A DNA stretch of 64,000 nt from Felixounavirus NRG857CP1. Made by a program: the position numbers and the translations under genes. The notes under the pieces were generated by a model. That model made no database searches, was not told the origin of the DNA, and saw nothing but the letters and a program-made list of their open reading frames with translations. Shown piece after piece: positions 46,742 through 56,371 of this stretch (position 1 is the stretch's first letter; each line of letters begins with the position of its first letter). The stretch lies in sequence record OZ035806.1. The stretch is one strand, 5' to 3'.

Positions 46742-46990
46742 ATGGCAACTATCCGCGCTACTGTTAACGAGTTCGGTTTTTCTTCTCTGGATGTTAAATT
46801 TGACATTGCAGGCACTGATAACGCCTTTGAAATGGTGAAATGTCTTATCAGTCAGACCATCAAAGATTATAATCCTTCGGATGAGTTCTGGGAGGAAACA
46901 AAACAAGAAGTTCTCAAGGATGGTTATACTTATCACTATTGGGGAGAAAAAATCGTCTCCCTGTACTACAACAAACAAGATTATAACTAA
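46742..46990 (+). CDS. small early-type protein
   Basis: 82 aa; preceded by class I cassette; last gene of plus-strand block. Confidence 0.45.
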   Translation: MATIRATVNEFGFSSLDVKFDIAGTDNAFEMVKCLISQTIKDYNPSDEFWEETKQEVLKDGYTYHYWGEKIVSLYYNKQDYN

Positions 46991-47029
46991 TCGACGCAGC
47001 GGGGCTATTTAGCCCCAGATACCTGAACA

Positions 47030-47055
47030 GCCCCTTAAAATGGGGCTTTTTTACG
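47030..47055 (+). terminator. intrinsic terminator closing the plus-strand block
   Basis: CAGCCCC-TTAAAAT-GGGGCTTTTTT. Confidence 0.6.
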
Positions 47056-47059
47056 TCTA

Positions 47060-48660
47060 TGTAATAGCCTCTATTCAATCCTTTTCCTTTCCTTTCCAGA
47101 ATCTATCCCACTGATTCAATAGAATCTTATCAGACCTTAAAAGCAATAACTCTATAGTCTACTCTATAACCTCTTATCAAATCAACTTAAATAAAAGCCA
47201 ATAACCCCAGAAAGGGGATGGCCCATTTAAACGCTCTATAAAGCTCTATAACAGCCTTATCAACCTAACTTAAGGGATTGCATTAACTCACCCTTAAAAA
47301 CCCTTTATAAAGCTTCTCAGAGCCTTAAAAGAATCTTATAAGGGTGTAAGCTTTATCATCTCATTAGTATTCTTGTGAATAACTAAACAACCCCTTGATA
47401 GTCACTAAAAAGTATGTTATAGGGGGCTTTAAAGTTACTTTGAAGTAGCTTAAAAGTTACGTAAAAGAGGTTATAAAGTTACGTAAATGCTAGCCCCCTT
47501 AACATTTTCTTAACAATTTCTTAACAAACCCTACATAGTTATGCTTTTAAGGCACTTGTTAGCAACTTGTTAGCCCCTTGTTAAATCTCTGTTAAGACCA
47601 TGTAAAAGCCTTGTAAGAGTCTTTGACATAGCCTTTAAAGCTCCTGTAAAGCTCTATAAAGAGGTGTTTGTACAGTTGGGGGGTAAATACTAGGAAGAGG
47701 CTTAAAAGGGCTTACAAGGAGCTATAGAGAGCTTTTAAGAGGTATGTTTAGAGAATCACTAAGAAAGAGAGGGAACGATAAGAAAAGAGTAGTGACCATG
47801 TTAATAGCTTGTTAAAAAGATTAAACACTTGTTAAAAACTTGTTAATTATCTTAACAAAATAACTCTTAAAAATTAACTTGTTAGCTCTTGTTAGTCATC
47901 TGTTAAGATTCTGTAAAGCCCATGTATCAACTGTTAAGAAACTGTTAAGCCCTTGTTAGCTCTGTTAAGAATCTGTTAAGACCTTTGAAGAGTTGTTAAG
48001 AAGATGTTAGAACTGTTGAGAGATTGTTAATGATATTTTAAAATTTTGCAAAGTACTTGTAAGGGAGCTGTTAAGGGCTACCAAGCAGATATACATCTTC
48101 TACAGATATTTTTGAGTTCCTTCAAAGACCCTAAAAAAATGACTTGATATTCCTATTTTATAAAAATTTTAAAATTCTGAATAATTACCTATACAGTCTT
48201 TTAAAAATACAGGCATAAACAGGCTTATAAGATACCTTGTTAGTACCGTGTTAGACCTTGTGAGATAAGGTCTGTAAAGATATTCCTGTTAAGTTTGTTA
48301 AAACAGTCTATATAGAGGCTTAGTAATACCTAGTGAACACCTATAGAGGGTAACATAGCTGACATAATGGGTTACTGTTAAGTAACACAGATAACCTAGA
48401 GATTAAGAGGTGTATAGGGGGCTTCTAAGAGGGTATAGAGAGATGGTTAAGGTGATTGTATAGGCTGTTAAGAAGGCTTGTTAGAAGAGTGTTTAGAAGG
48501 GCTATACAGAGGGGCTATTAAGACCACTAGATAGTTACTAAGATACTATATAGTACTATATAACTATATATAGAGAGTAAGCTTAAGAAGGTTGTTAAGA
48601 AGGGTAGATATTTTATTCACATATGATGGTGACCCAGAGGTTGGGACAACCGATGAAATT
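47060..48660. repeat. 1.6-kb non-coding, repeat-dense region between convergent gene blocks
   Basis: no ORF of 60 aa or more; dozens of (C)TTGTTA(A/G)(G/C) boxes, densest about 47500..48020 with roughly 10-11 bp spacing; also CTCTATA and AAGTTAC repeat families. Confidence 0.6.
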
Positions 48661-48664
48661 TTAT

Positions 48665-48690
48665 AAAAATTAAAAAGCCCCCAATTAAGG
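48665..48690 (-). terminator. terminator-like hairpin for the minus-strand block
   Basis: minus-strand reading GCCTCC..GGGGGC followed by T-run. Confidence 0.35.
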
Positions 48691-48706
48691 AGGCTCTTAA
48701 GATATT

Positions 48707-49312
48707 TTAAATCAGTGTTTCCAGAACTGTCTTCAGTGATGACTTGGTTGTCTGATAAAAATGAGTAAATCCATTGTTGTTATCGAATACCTGCATCATG
48801 ATATCATCTCCCTTGATTGGGTACACTCGGATATCATAGTGGAATCCATTAAAGATAGCAGAGCCATTACAGAATGAACTAAAGTCATCAACTGAGATGT
48901 ACTCTTCGTGACCTGTGATTTTTATACAGACACCTTTACTCGGTCTCTTAGGGTTGATATCTTCCATGATAGACATGCTCTGTCCACCAAGAGATACCAT
49001 AGTGACCACTTTACGGTTCTTCTGTTTAAAGTACATCTTAACTTTCTGTAAAGTGTCTTCATAGAACGGATAAGACCTTTCTACAAAGATTCCTTCAAGT
49101 GGCTCTTTACCATTTTCAACTTCTCTGTTATGCCGTACTGCAAAGATAATTTGTTGGAACCAGTCAAGATTTTCTTCGGAGAGTGCTTCCCGAATATCAT
49201 TCCAGTCAAGGACTAGGTAGTTGCCTTCAACATCTTTTAAGTTATCTTTTTCCATATCTATCACACCATTATCGTAAAACTTGGTAGTCTGGTACTGCAA
49301 ACTTGTTGTCAT
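48707..49312 (-). CDS. hypothetical protein
   Basis: 201 aa ORF. Confidence 0.4.
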   Translation of the reverse strand: MTTSLQYQTTKFYDNGVIDMEKDNLKDVEGNYLVLDWNDIREALSEENLDWFQQIIFAVRHNREVENGKEPLEGIFVERSYPFYEDTLQKVKMYFKQKNRKVVTMVSLGGQSMSIMEDINPKRPSKGVCIKITGHEEYISVDDFSSFCNGSAIFNGFHYDIRVYPIKGDDIMMQVFDNNNGFTHFYQTTKSSLKTVLETLI

Positions 49313-49733
49313 TGTTTTTAATGAGGTCTTCTTCTGTTACTAAGAATGTAAGACCACACAAGTGTGTATAGCGGCTATCATACTCAAATATTTTAAGTAA
49401 GTATTTACCATCATGATAGACAGATTCTACTACACCTTTTGCAACAATCTTTCCGGTCTTGAAGTCTTTAAGACGGTATACATTACCAACTTTAGGGACT
49501 GTTTTCACTTCAGGTTCTTTTAGCTTCTCACCAACTTCTACATCACCTAGTAAGTGAGAACTTTCAAACGCTACATATTGCATATAAGCTTCTGAGCATT
49601 CCCAGATAAAACAATGTACAAGAACCTTAGCAGCATGTCTTGAACAGCTCAACTTATCACAAATCTCTTTGTACATCTCATCTTTAGTTGAGTTGTCAAG
49701 CATTGCTTTTTGGACTACTTCTTTAATTTTCAT
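49269..49733 (-). CDS. hypothetical protein
   Basis: 154 aa ORF. Confidence 0.4.
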   Translation of the reverse strand: MKIKEVVQKAMLDNSTKDEMYKEICDKLSCSRHAAKVLVHCFIWECSEAYMQYVAFESSHLLGDVEVGEKLKEPEVKTVPKVGNVYRLKDFKTGKIVAKGVVESVYHDGKYLLKIFEYDSRYTHLCGLTFLVTEEDLIKNNDNKFAVPDYQVLR

Positions 49734-49785
49734 TTCGCTACCTTCTAAGTTTCTACAAAGGGGCTATCAAGTAACCCCTAAGTTA

Positions 49786-50010
49786 TTACTCAGACTTTTC
49801 AGTCTTCTTATCGGATTTCTTACTAGTCTTCTTCTCAGCTTTCTGTTCAGGCTCCTTCTCAGAAGTTGCCTTAATAACCATATCAAGAAGCTCTGATAAG
49901 TCACTCTTCAGCAAAGTAACAGGCTGCTCGTTGTAGAAGTTTTTGTCAAGATAAACTTTGAACTCTTCTATAGAAGGAAATCCAAAAATTGGTACAGGTG
50001 TCTTAATCAT
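49786..50010 (-). CDS. small protein with lysine-rich C-terminal tail
   Basis: 74 aa; C-terminus EKEPEQKAEKKTSKKSDKKTEKSE. Confidence 0.35.
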   Translation of the reverse strand: MIKTPVPIFGFPSIEEFKVYLDKNFYNEQPVTLLKSDLSELLDMVIKATSEKEPEQKAEKKTSKKSDKKTEKSE

Positions 50011-50086
50011 TACTTAGTTTCTCCATAGGCATCTTTTAAGATTGCCTTGTTAATCATTTCAGCGATTGCAAAACGAACACATACAG

Positions 50087-50620
50087 CTATAATTGTAGGT
50101 TGCATTCTTTACTTACCTCTTCAAGTTTAACCTCAGAGTCCTTGAGTCGTTTCTTATGAACTCTGAATCTCATTAGTGCGATGATGATACCAACTAAAGG
50201 GACAGCATACAAGTACCAAACATCATATACCTTTGCAGTAATCTGTGTAATGGTTAAGTCTTGAGCTATGGAACTGATTGCTGATACGGCTAGTAATGTT
50301 GCTAGGAAAAATGCCAGTACCATGACAATACTTAAACAACCTCTGGCATGGTGTTCATGCTTAATGCACTTATTCTTTTCGTCAACAACCCTGTTGTAGT
50401 CGTTTGTAAAGTCTCTGTAGAAAGCTTTCAAGTATTCTTTATTGTAGCCTTCAAAGCAACCTGTACCGTACCAATAATCACCACCAAAATGTGCTATGAT
50501 ACCAGTATCTCCATTTGGTTTTGTTACTCTTAGGGAAGTATGATGGCGAGTATCCTGATAATCTATCTTGTATCTTTCTTCGTAAATCATTTTCCAACCC
50601 CTCTCAATCGTTTGTTCCAC
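50087..50620 (-). CDS. hypothetical membrane protein
   Basis: 177 aa; two hydrophobic helices in C-terminal half. Confidence 0.4.
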   Translation of the reverse strand: MEQTIERGWKMIYEERYKIDYQDTRHHTSLRVTKPNGDTGIIAHFGGDYWYGTGCFEGYNKEYLKAFYRDFTNDYNRVVDEKNKCIKHEHHARGCLSIVMVLAFFLATLLAVSAISSIAQDLTITQITAKVYDVWYLYAVPLVGIIIALMRFRVHKKRLKDSEVKLEEVSKECNLQL

Positions 50621-50820
50621 TCAAGGTCAACAAGTCTTTGCAGGACTTTCCCTCTAGGTGTTACACCTTTTAAGTCTGCATCGTAGCAACGGTAAAAGTC
50701 ACCTTCAGCGTGTTTACCATAGCATTTTCTGATATTCTGACTTCTACGGTATTGTTCTAATAGAGACAGTCTGTAGTAATCTTCAACTGTAGTTAGTTTT
50801 TTCATTCTTTCACCACGCAT
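50587..50820 (-). CDS. hypothetical small protein
   Basis: 77 aa ORF. Confidence 0.3.
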   Translation of the reverse strand: MRGERMKKLTTVEDYYRLSLLEQYRRSQNIRKCYGKHAEGDFYRCYDADLKGVTPRGKVLQRLVDLEWNKRLRGVGK

Positions 50821-50888
50821 CTTCTTAAGAAACTAAAAAGGGAACTACCTCTCGATAGCCCCCATCATAGTTAACATTGTATATTTGG

Positions 50889-51470
50889 TCAAGAGTATTT
50901 TTTAGGCAGTAATGCGCTTCTCTTGTTACTCTCTTCACTCAATAGTGCGATAAAATCGTCACCTTTGCCTTTCCACGGGCTGAATGAAGGGATATGTTCA
51001 CGAATAGCCTCAATAACCGTCTTAAGTGCTGTATTTTTCATCCACCAGTCAGAATCTGCTGATGCTACAACATAGTACCCGCCATCATCAGTAAGGATTG
51101 GCTCTGAGATACATGGTGAAATCAGAGTGGTGATGATTGAACCATTGTTCATATAGTATGTACGCTTCATAACCTTTTCAAGAAGCTTGTGAAGGTCACC
51201 AAACAGTGTTACAAGCTCTTTGTGGTCAATGTCTTTTTCGAGATTTGCTCGATACTTCAAAAGTGCAGCATCAACTTCTCTGTCATTAAACTTGAAGTAC
51301 TGAACTTCCTCAACAAGACAAACACTGATGTTGTTAACATTCATAGTCAACTTGCAAACTTTTGCAGGAGAATTGATATTTGGTTGAAAAAGTGCAATAC
51401 ACCCTTCAATGTTTCCAAAATGTTGTACTAATGTCACTTGTGGAGTGATACTCTGTTGCTCTTCGGACAT
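50889..51470 (-). CDS. hypothetical protein
   Basis: 193 aa ORF. Confidence 0.4.
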   Translation of the reverse strand: MSEEQQSITPQVTLVQHFGNIEGCIALFQPNINSPAKVCKLTMNVNNISVCLVEEVQYFKFNDREVDAALLKYRANLEKDIDHKELVTLFGDLHKLLEKVMKRTYYMNNGSIITTLISPCISEPILTDDGGYYVVASADSDWWMKNTALKTVIEAIREHIPSFSPWKGKGDDFIALLSEESNKRSALLPKKYS

Positions 51471-51814
51471 TACAGTTTCCTCATTAAATACTTTTTAAGT
51501 TGTGTGTTAGGTTTCTCAAAAACTTCTATAGAAGATATCTTAACAGATTCACCACGCATACCTGTGTGTTTGAATATATAGTACTCTAACATCCCTATAT
51601 ACTTTGCTGGTAAGTCATGCTTGACATACACCGTTACAGAGTCTTCAAACTCAACAACCTTTGTACCATCTTTGTAGTTAAACTCTTTAGGATGGTCGTA
51701 GTTGTCGATATCGTACATTAAAAAGAGTCTTTTCCGTTGCATGTCAAGCTTATTGGTTAAAGACTCTTTGATGTCTGAGAAGTTTTTGTACACTGTGACA
51801 TGGAGCTTACTCAT
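51470..51814 (-). CDS. hypothetical protein
   Basis: 114 aa ORF, 1-nt overlap with neighbour. Confidence 0.4.
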   Translation of the reverse strand: MSKLHVTVYKNFSDIKESLTNKLDMQRKRLFLMYDIDNYDHPKEFNYKDGTKVVEFEDSVTVYVKHDLPAKYIGMLEYYIFKHTGMRGESVKISSIEVFEKPNTQLKKYLMRKL

Positions 51815-52100
51815 CGTTAAACTCTCTGACGAAGAAATAGTTGACTTTGTTATTACCTACCATAAGGTCAAAGCAGGTGTTCTCAAAAGGTTTGTTGTAG
51901 GCATCATATGACGTGTACGTATCAGCTACTTGTTTGGTATTGAGCTTTTTACTTGATGGATTTAAGAGGCCACCGTATAGTTTCTTGATAGCCTCTTCTA
52001 CAACAGACCAGATAATTTCGTCAGTAATTTCTTCGTACAGGTCAAGTTCACGCTCTAGTGAGAAGTCACAAATTGGGAAAATAACCTGTACTTTACTCAT
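51807..52100 (-). CDS. hypothetical protein
   Basis: 97 aa ORF. Confidence 0.35.
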   Translation of the reverse strand: MSKVQVIFPICDFSLERELDLYEEITDEIIWSVVEEAIKKLYGGLLNPSSKKLNTKQVADTYTSYDAYNKPFENTCFDLMVGNNKVNYFFVREFNDE

Positions 52101-52504
52101 TAACGAATAACCTGTGTGACTTGAATTGCTTCAGTTACGGACAATTCACCTACTTTCTCTTCTTTGATAAAAGTGAAGGTGAGTTCAACAGGTTCTTCTT
52201 CTTCTTCTTCTTGCTCAACTGGAACACCATTAAGCTCATCAAAGATTGATTTGGTTGTCCAGTCTTCACCACCATCTGGGTAGTGGATTGCGTAGAGAGG
52301 GAACTCCCTGTCAAACCAACCAAATACAGGGCAGCCATCTTCATCATCTCGCATTCGATGAAGGGTGCTTCCAGACCCTGTAAAACGAAGGAATAAATCT
52401 CCGTTGCACTTGAATATTACTGCGTCGGCAAAACCAATGTCTTCTCGACCATCATGGCCAAACGTGTCTACCTTTACTTGAATATCTCTAACATCTTTAT
52501 TCAT
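52100..52504 (-). CDS. hypothetical protein with acidic EEEEEE linker
   Basis: 134 aa ORF. Confidence 0.4.
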   Translation of the reverse strand: MNKDVRDIQVKVDTFGHDGREDIGFADAVIFKCNGDLFLRFTGSGSTLHRMRDDEDGCPVFGWFDREFPLYAIHYPDGGEDWTTKSIFDELNGVPVEQEEEEEEPVELTFTFIKEEKVGELSVTEAIQVTQVIR

Positions 52505-52895
52505 AAAAACCTCTCTCTGCTTGTTCGATTTTCGCTTTTAGAACTTCACACCGTTCAATGTGATATCTGGCTTCATGCTCATGTGTCGCCAAAGTTCTTT
52601 CAAGAATGGTTTTATAGTAACCTGCAAGCTGCTCTCTTGTCAATGGGTTCTCTGAAATAATATCAAGGCCACTTTCACCTAGAGTATTAAATTGTCCATG
52701 CTCATTTACATGGTAAGTCTCAAATTTGAATAAACCGTTATTAGCAGCCTCAATAGGTGAGAGTTCAACCAACTCAACGGTGAACATTGTATGTACCCTA
52801 TCACCAACTGTAACAATGTTACTTCCAATGATGCGTACAAGCGAACCATTACGAGTGTACTTAAAAGTCCCAAAGTCACTAGCCCAAAGCTTCAT
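52497..52895 (-). CDS. hypothetical protein
   Basis: 132 aa ORF. Confidence 0.4.
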   Translation of the reverse strand: MKLWASDFGTFKYTRNGSLVRIIGSNIVTVGDRVHTMFTVELVELSPIEAANNGLFKFETYHVNEHGQFNTLGESGLDIISENPLTREQLAGYYKTILERTLATHEHEARYHIERCEVLKAKIEQAERGFYE

Positions 52896-52904
52896 AATTT
52901 TCTC

Positions 52905-52935
52905 CTTAGAAAATAAAAAAGGCTCCCGAAGGAGC
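52905..52935 (-). terminator. intrinsic terminator downstream of lysozyme gene (minus strand)
   Basis: plus-strand AAAAAAGGCTCCCGAAGGAGCC = minus-strand GGCTCCTTCGGGAGCCTTTTTT. Confidence 0.55.
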
Positions 52936-52946
52936 CTATGAAGATA

Positions 52947-53411
52947 TTACTTTGGGTATACACTGTCAAGATAAATGTCAGCTTCCATTCTACGTCTGTT
53001 TTTCAGACCGTTTGAAGTGACCTTCTTACCCTTAACTGTAACCTTGTTCCACCACTGCATAGCTTCTGCACAACCTACCTTATTACCAGCATTGTGTCGC
53101 TTGATAAATGTAGAATCCTGCATAGCTGTGATACCGATGTTGTATGTTTCACTTACAAGTGCATCGAACTCATTCTGAGAAGTTGGAACCTTGATAGCTT
53201 TATTCACTGCTGCAACGAACTTCTCAACATCTGCAAGAAGATACTGTTCAGCTTGTTCGGCAGTAATTTTCATACCCATCTTAACAGGTTTTCCGTCAAT
53301 ACGGATTGTACCATACCCGATTGTCGGGATTCCGGCAGAGTCTTCGTAAGCCTCTAACTTCAGACCTTCAAAGAACTTAATAGCTTCTAGACCTTTTCTT
53401 GAGAGTTGCAT
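52947..53411 (-). CDS. lysozyme (T4 e-type, GH24-like endolysin)
   Basis: FEGLKLEAYEDSAGIPTIGYGT Glu-Asp-Thr catalytic triad spacing typical of T4 lysozyme family. Confidence 0.85.
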   Translation of the reverse strand: MQLSRKGLEAIKFFEGLKLEAYEDSAGIPTIGYGTIRIDGKPVKMGMKITAEQAEQYLLADVEKFVAAVNKAIKVPTSQNEFDALVSETYNIGITAMQDSTFIKRHNAGNKVGCAEAMQWWNKVTVKGKKVTSNGLKNRRRMEADIYLDSVYPK

Positions 53412-54292
53412 TATGCCTCCCCTGCTGGGTTAACTGTAACCGTTGCTGCATTAGATGTTACAGAGCCACCTGCGCCAGTAACTACACAGGTGTAGCTTCC
53501 TGCATCAGCAGTGGTTGCACCTTCTTTGGTGTAAGTTGCAGCAGTTGCATCGAGGATGTCTTCCTCACCTTTCTTCCATTGGTAACCTGTCGCACCTGTT
53601 GCCACAACATTCAGCGTTAAGGTCTCACCTTCAGTGATTTCTTGATTGGTTGGCTGTTGAGTGATAACTGGTAAAGCTTTCACAGTAACGGTTGCAGGGC
53701 TAGAAGTGACAGAACCACCTGCACCTGTTACAACGCAAGTGTATGAACCAGCATCAGAAGGTGCTACAGACTGTTTTGTGTAGGTTGCAGATGTGGCGCT
53801 AGTGATATTCTCACCATCCTTTTTCCATTGATATCCAGTGGCATTAGTTGCAATAATGCTTAGGGTAAGTGTACCACCTTCATTTACTGTTTGATTGGTT
53901 GGTTGCTGAGTAATTGATGGTGGCTTGATAGCATCCTTCAACTTAGCATTCAACATTGAGAATGGTTTAACTCTTGCCAACCATTCACAATAAACTGTAT
54001 CAACGTCTTTACCATTGATAATTGCATATTGTAAGTCCATGAAGAAGTCAGAGGTTCTCATTTGAGCACCAATGCTGTAAAGCAACTCATCACTAAATGG
54101 AACTTTGTAGTCTGGTTTGTAGTCAAACTCATCGACTTCTGCAATATCAGCTTCAGGCCAATACGAACTGTAGGTAAGCGGTAAAATAGCCTCTTGATAT
54201 GTTCTAAAATCATATCTCTTACCAGCCTTTACGTTTGCAATGAAGCCCTTCACAAACTCTTTGAAGTCTGGGTAAGTCTTTGCTTTAATCAT
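53411..54292 (-). CDS. protein with two tandem Ig-like repeats fused to a conserved N-terminal domain
   Basis: two about 80 aa repeats ITQQPTNQ..GYQWKK..GSYTCVVTGAGGSVTS..ATVTV; N-terminal 120 aa paralogous to 54289..54660. Confidence 0.5.
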   Translation of the reverse strand: MIKAKTYPDFKEFVKGFIANVKAGKRYDFRTYQEAILPLTYSSYWPEADIAEVDEFDYKPDYKVPFSDELLYSIGAQMRTSDFFMDLQYAIINGKDVDTVYCEWLARVKPFSMLNAKLKDAIKPPSITQQPTNQTVNEGGTLTLSIIATNATGYQWKKDGENITSATSATYTKQSVAPSDAGSYTCVVTGAGGSVTSSPATVTVKALPVITQQPTNQEITEGETLTLNVVATGATGYQWKKGEEDILDATAATYTKEGATTADAGSYTCVVTGAGGSVTSNAATVTVNPAGEA

Positions 54293-54660
54293 TTCTTTTT
54301 AGCCTCTAAATGTGCGTTTAGTCTAAAATAACCTTTGTGATGCGGAGATACGTCACCAACAACAATACCTTTAACCTTATAACCTTTACCAATTACATAC
54401 TGGATATCCATAAGGAATCTTCCAAGACCAACAATATGGAACATTGGATATAATAGATTCTCAGAGTCTGGAATATTGATTTCGGGTTTGTAGGTTCGAT
54501 GTTCGATTGTTGGTGTAATATCTTCTTCAGGCCATTTGCTGAGTCTCCATGTCAAAGGTGTTGGGATAACATCATTAAGGCTGTACCTTTCACCATTTTG
54601 CACGGAATTGACATAGGATTGTAGGAAGCAATAAAAGTCTTTTGCACTCTTAGCTTCCAT
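54289..54660 (-). CDS. paralog of the N-terminal domain of the Ig-like protein
   Basis: shared pattern DF..F...V..V..G.RY...WPE.DI...LLY...FMD.QY.I..G with downstream gene. Confidence 0.4.
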   Translation of the reverse strand: MEAKSAKDFYCFLQSYVNSVQNGERYSLNDVIPTPLTWRLSKWPEEDITPTIEHRTYKPEINIPDSENLLYPMFHIVGLGRFLMDIQYVIGKGYKVKGIVVGDVSPHHKGYFRLNAHLEAKKK

Positions 54661-54707
54661 TAAATATCCTTATAAATAGTTAAAGGGGCATCAGCCCCTA
54701 TTCACAC

Positions 54708-55298
54708 TTAAGCTTTGGTCTTAAGTAGGTTCTTAAGTTTTTTAAGATTCATACTCTCATCAAACTTAAAACCAAATCCATTGACATAATCAATGAACTC
54801 GGATTTCTTACTGAGTGACAATGCGTAACTCATATCAAAGTTCTTACTTGTTTCTGCGTCTGGACTAGAGTTCACATCAAATGAAATTTCCGTAGGCTCT
54901 TGCTTACTTTTTCTCATATTATCAACCAACAAACATGTATAGTTTGCTGGATAGAAATTTACACTACCATCAACGTAGCTGTACTTATTATTATGGATAA
55001 GGTTGGAAAAGACCTTAAGGAATGTTTCTGAGTCGTGGCAAACAAGTTTGAATTGGCTGCTCTCTCCAAGCGCAACTAATGAGTACGGACTTTCACTATC
55101 AAAGTCATAATTTGGATTTGATGCCGTTACTGTTACACGCATCAAGTTATTAGCAATGGTCTTCTGTTTAAAAGAATTTTGAACATAGTGAAGACCTCTA
55201 TCACACTGATTGACTAGCTCTTTAAGTAGGTCATTTGCATATGGCGAATTAATTGATACAGAGCCATCACTATTGTAATTAAAACTTACTGTTAACAT
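54708..55298 (-). CDS. hypothetical protein
   Basis: 196 aa ORF. Confidence 0.4.
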   Translation of the reverse strand: MLTVSFNYNSDGSVSINSPYANDLLKELVNQCDRGLHYVQNSFKQKTIANNLMRVTVTASNPNYDFDSESPYSLVALGESSQFKLVCHDSETFLKVFSNLIHNNKYSYVDGSVNFYPANYTCLLVDNMRKSKQEPTEISFDVNSSPDAETSKNFDMSYALSLSKKSEFIDYVNGFGFKFDESMNLKKLKNLLKTKA

Positions 55299-55525
55299 TT
55301 TTCAGTTCTCCTGCGATTTATAATTTTGCTGCAATAGAGAAACGAAGTAAACTCACTGGAAGAAACCATTAAGTGTTGTTCACTAGATTGAGCCATTGCC
55401 CTGAAATACATTCCAGTCAAAGCATCATAGTGACTATTCTTTCCAATTGAGGTTATATAGCCATGACTCTTTGCAGTTTGATATAAATCTATAATATCTG
55501 CGATTTCTAATTGGGAACTACACAT
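55292..55525 (-). CDS. hypothetical small protein
   Basis: 77 aa ORF. Confidence 0.3.
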   Translation of the reverse strand: MCSSQLEIADIIDLYQTAKSHGYITSIGKNSHYDALTGMYFRAMAQSSEQHLMVSSSEFTSFLYCSKIINRRRTEKC

Positions 55526-55689
55526 AGATAATCCTCTTGTCTTCTGTAATTTTGAAAGAACAGGTACAGACCAATTTCAGAGGATGAATAGTAGAGTAAC
55601 TCTACCCTTTTTGATTCCTTACAGTGATTGGTATTTTTACCTTTCTTCGGGTTGTTTGATTTTCTCATTAAGTCTCCTTTGTAGAACAA
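55507..55689 (-). CDS. hypothetical small basic protein (uncertain)
   Basis: 60 aa ORF, first of minus block. Confidence 0.25.
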   Translation of the reverse strand: MFYKGDLMRKSNNPKKGKNTNHCKESKRVELLYYSSSEIGLYLFFQNYRRQEDYLCVVPN

Positions 55690-55917
55690 GGCAGACCTAC
55701 AGCTTTAAGTAAGATGGTACAGTAATCCATACAACAAGTCAAGAACTATTGCAAGTTAAAAAAGTTGTTGACAAAGTACTTGACAAGGTGTAGGCTTATA
55801 AATACTTAGAAGATAACTTAAAAGGTTCCTCTAAAAAGGCTATTTAAACAGATATCTTTCTGGATATCTATCTTTTATCTTAAAAGCCTTTTAAGAGGTC
55901 TTATAAGAGGCATACCA
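55690..55917. promoter_or_regulatory. divergent promoter region
   Basis: TTGACAAAGTACTTGACAAGGTGTAGGCTTATAAATACT -35/-10-like boxes; strand switch. Confidence 0.5.
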
Positions 55918-56289
55918 ATGAAAAACAGAACAAACAAAGGCCAGTTTAAAAAAGGCCAGTCTGGAAACCCATCTGGAAGACCAAAAGGCTCTCGTAACAA
56001 AAGCTCACTTGTAAAAGCTCAACTGACCATTGATAATTCTGCTGAGTTTGCTGCAAAGTTGTTTGAGGCGATTGTTACAAGGGACGCTGCTAAGCTTGCA
56101 GAGTTCGGTTTAAACACAGATGACGTAACCATCAAGAGCATGATTGAGGTCGGTAAAACTATCATGACTCACTCAGCAGGTGAGATGAAAGCAATTGCAG
56201 CAGATACTAAGAAAACCCCTGATAATGGTGGTCAGCCACAGACAGATAACAAACCAACGTTCTCTGCTGTAGCTACTCTCAAAAAATAA
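55918..56289 (+). CDS. hypothetical protein with basic N-terminus
   Basis: 123 aa; MKNRTNKGQFKKGQSGNPSGRPKGSRNKS. Confidence 0.4.
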   Translation: MKNRTNKGQFKKGQSGNPSGRPKGSRNKSSLVKAQLTIDNSAEFAAKLFEAIVTRDAAKLAEFGLNTDDVTIKSMIEVGKTIMTHSAGEMKAIAADTKKTPDNGGQPQTDNKPTFSAVATLKK

Positions 56290-56371
56290 TTTTAAAAGGT
56301 GTTGACAGACTCTACAAAGTTGCTCTAAAGTCTGTCACATCAAACAACAAAATGAGAGAAGAGAGTAAAAT

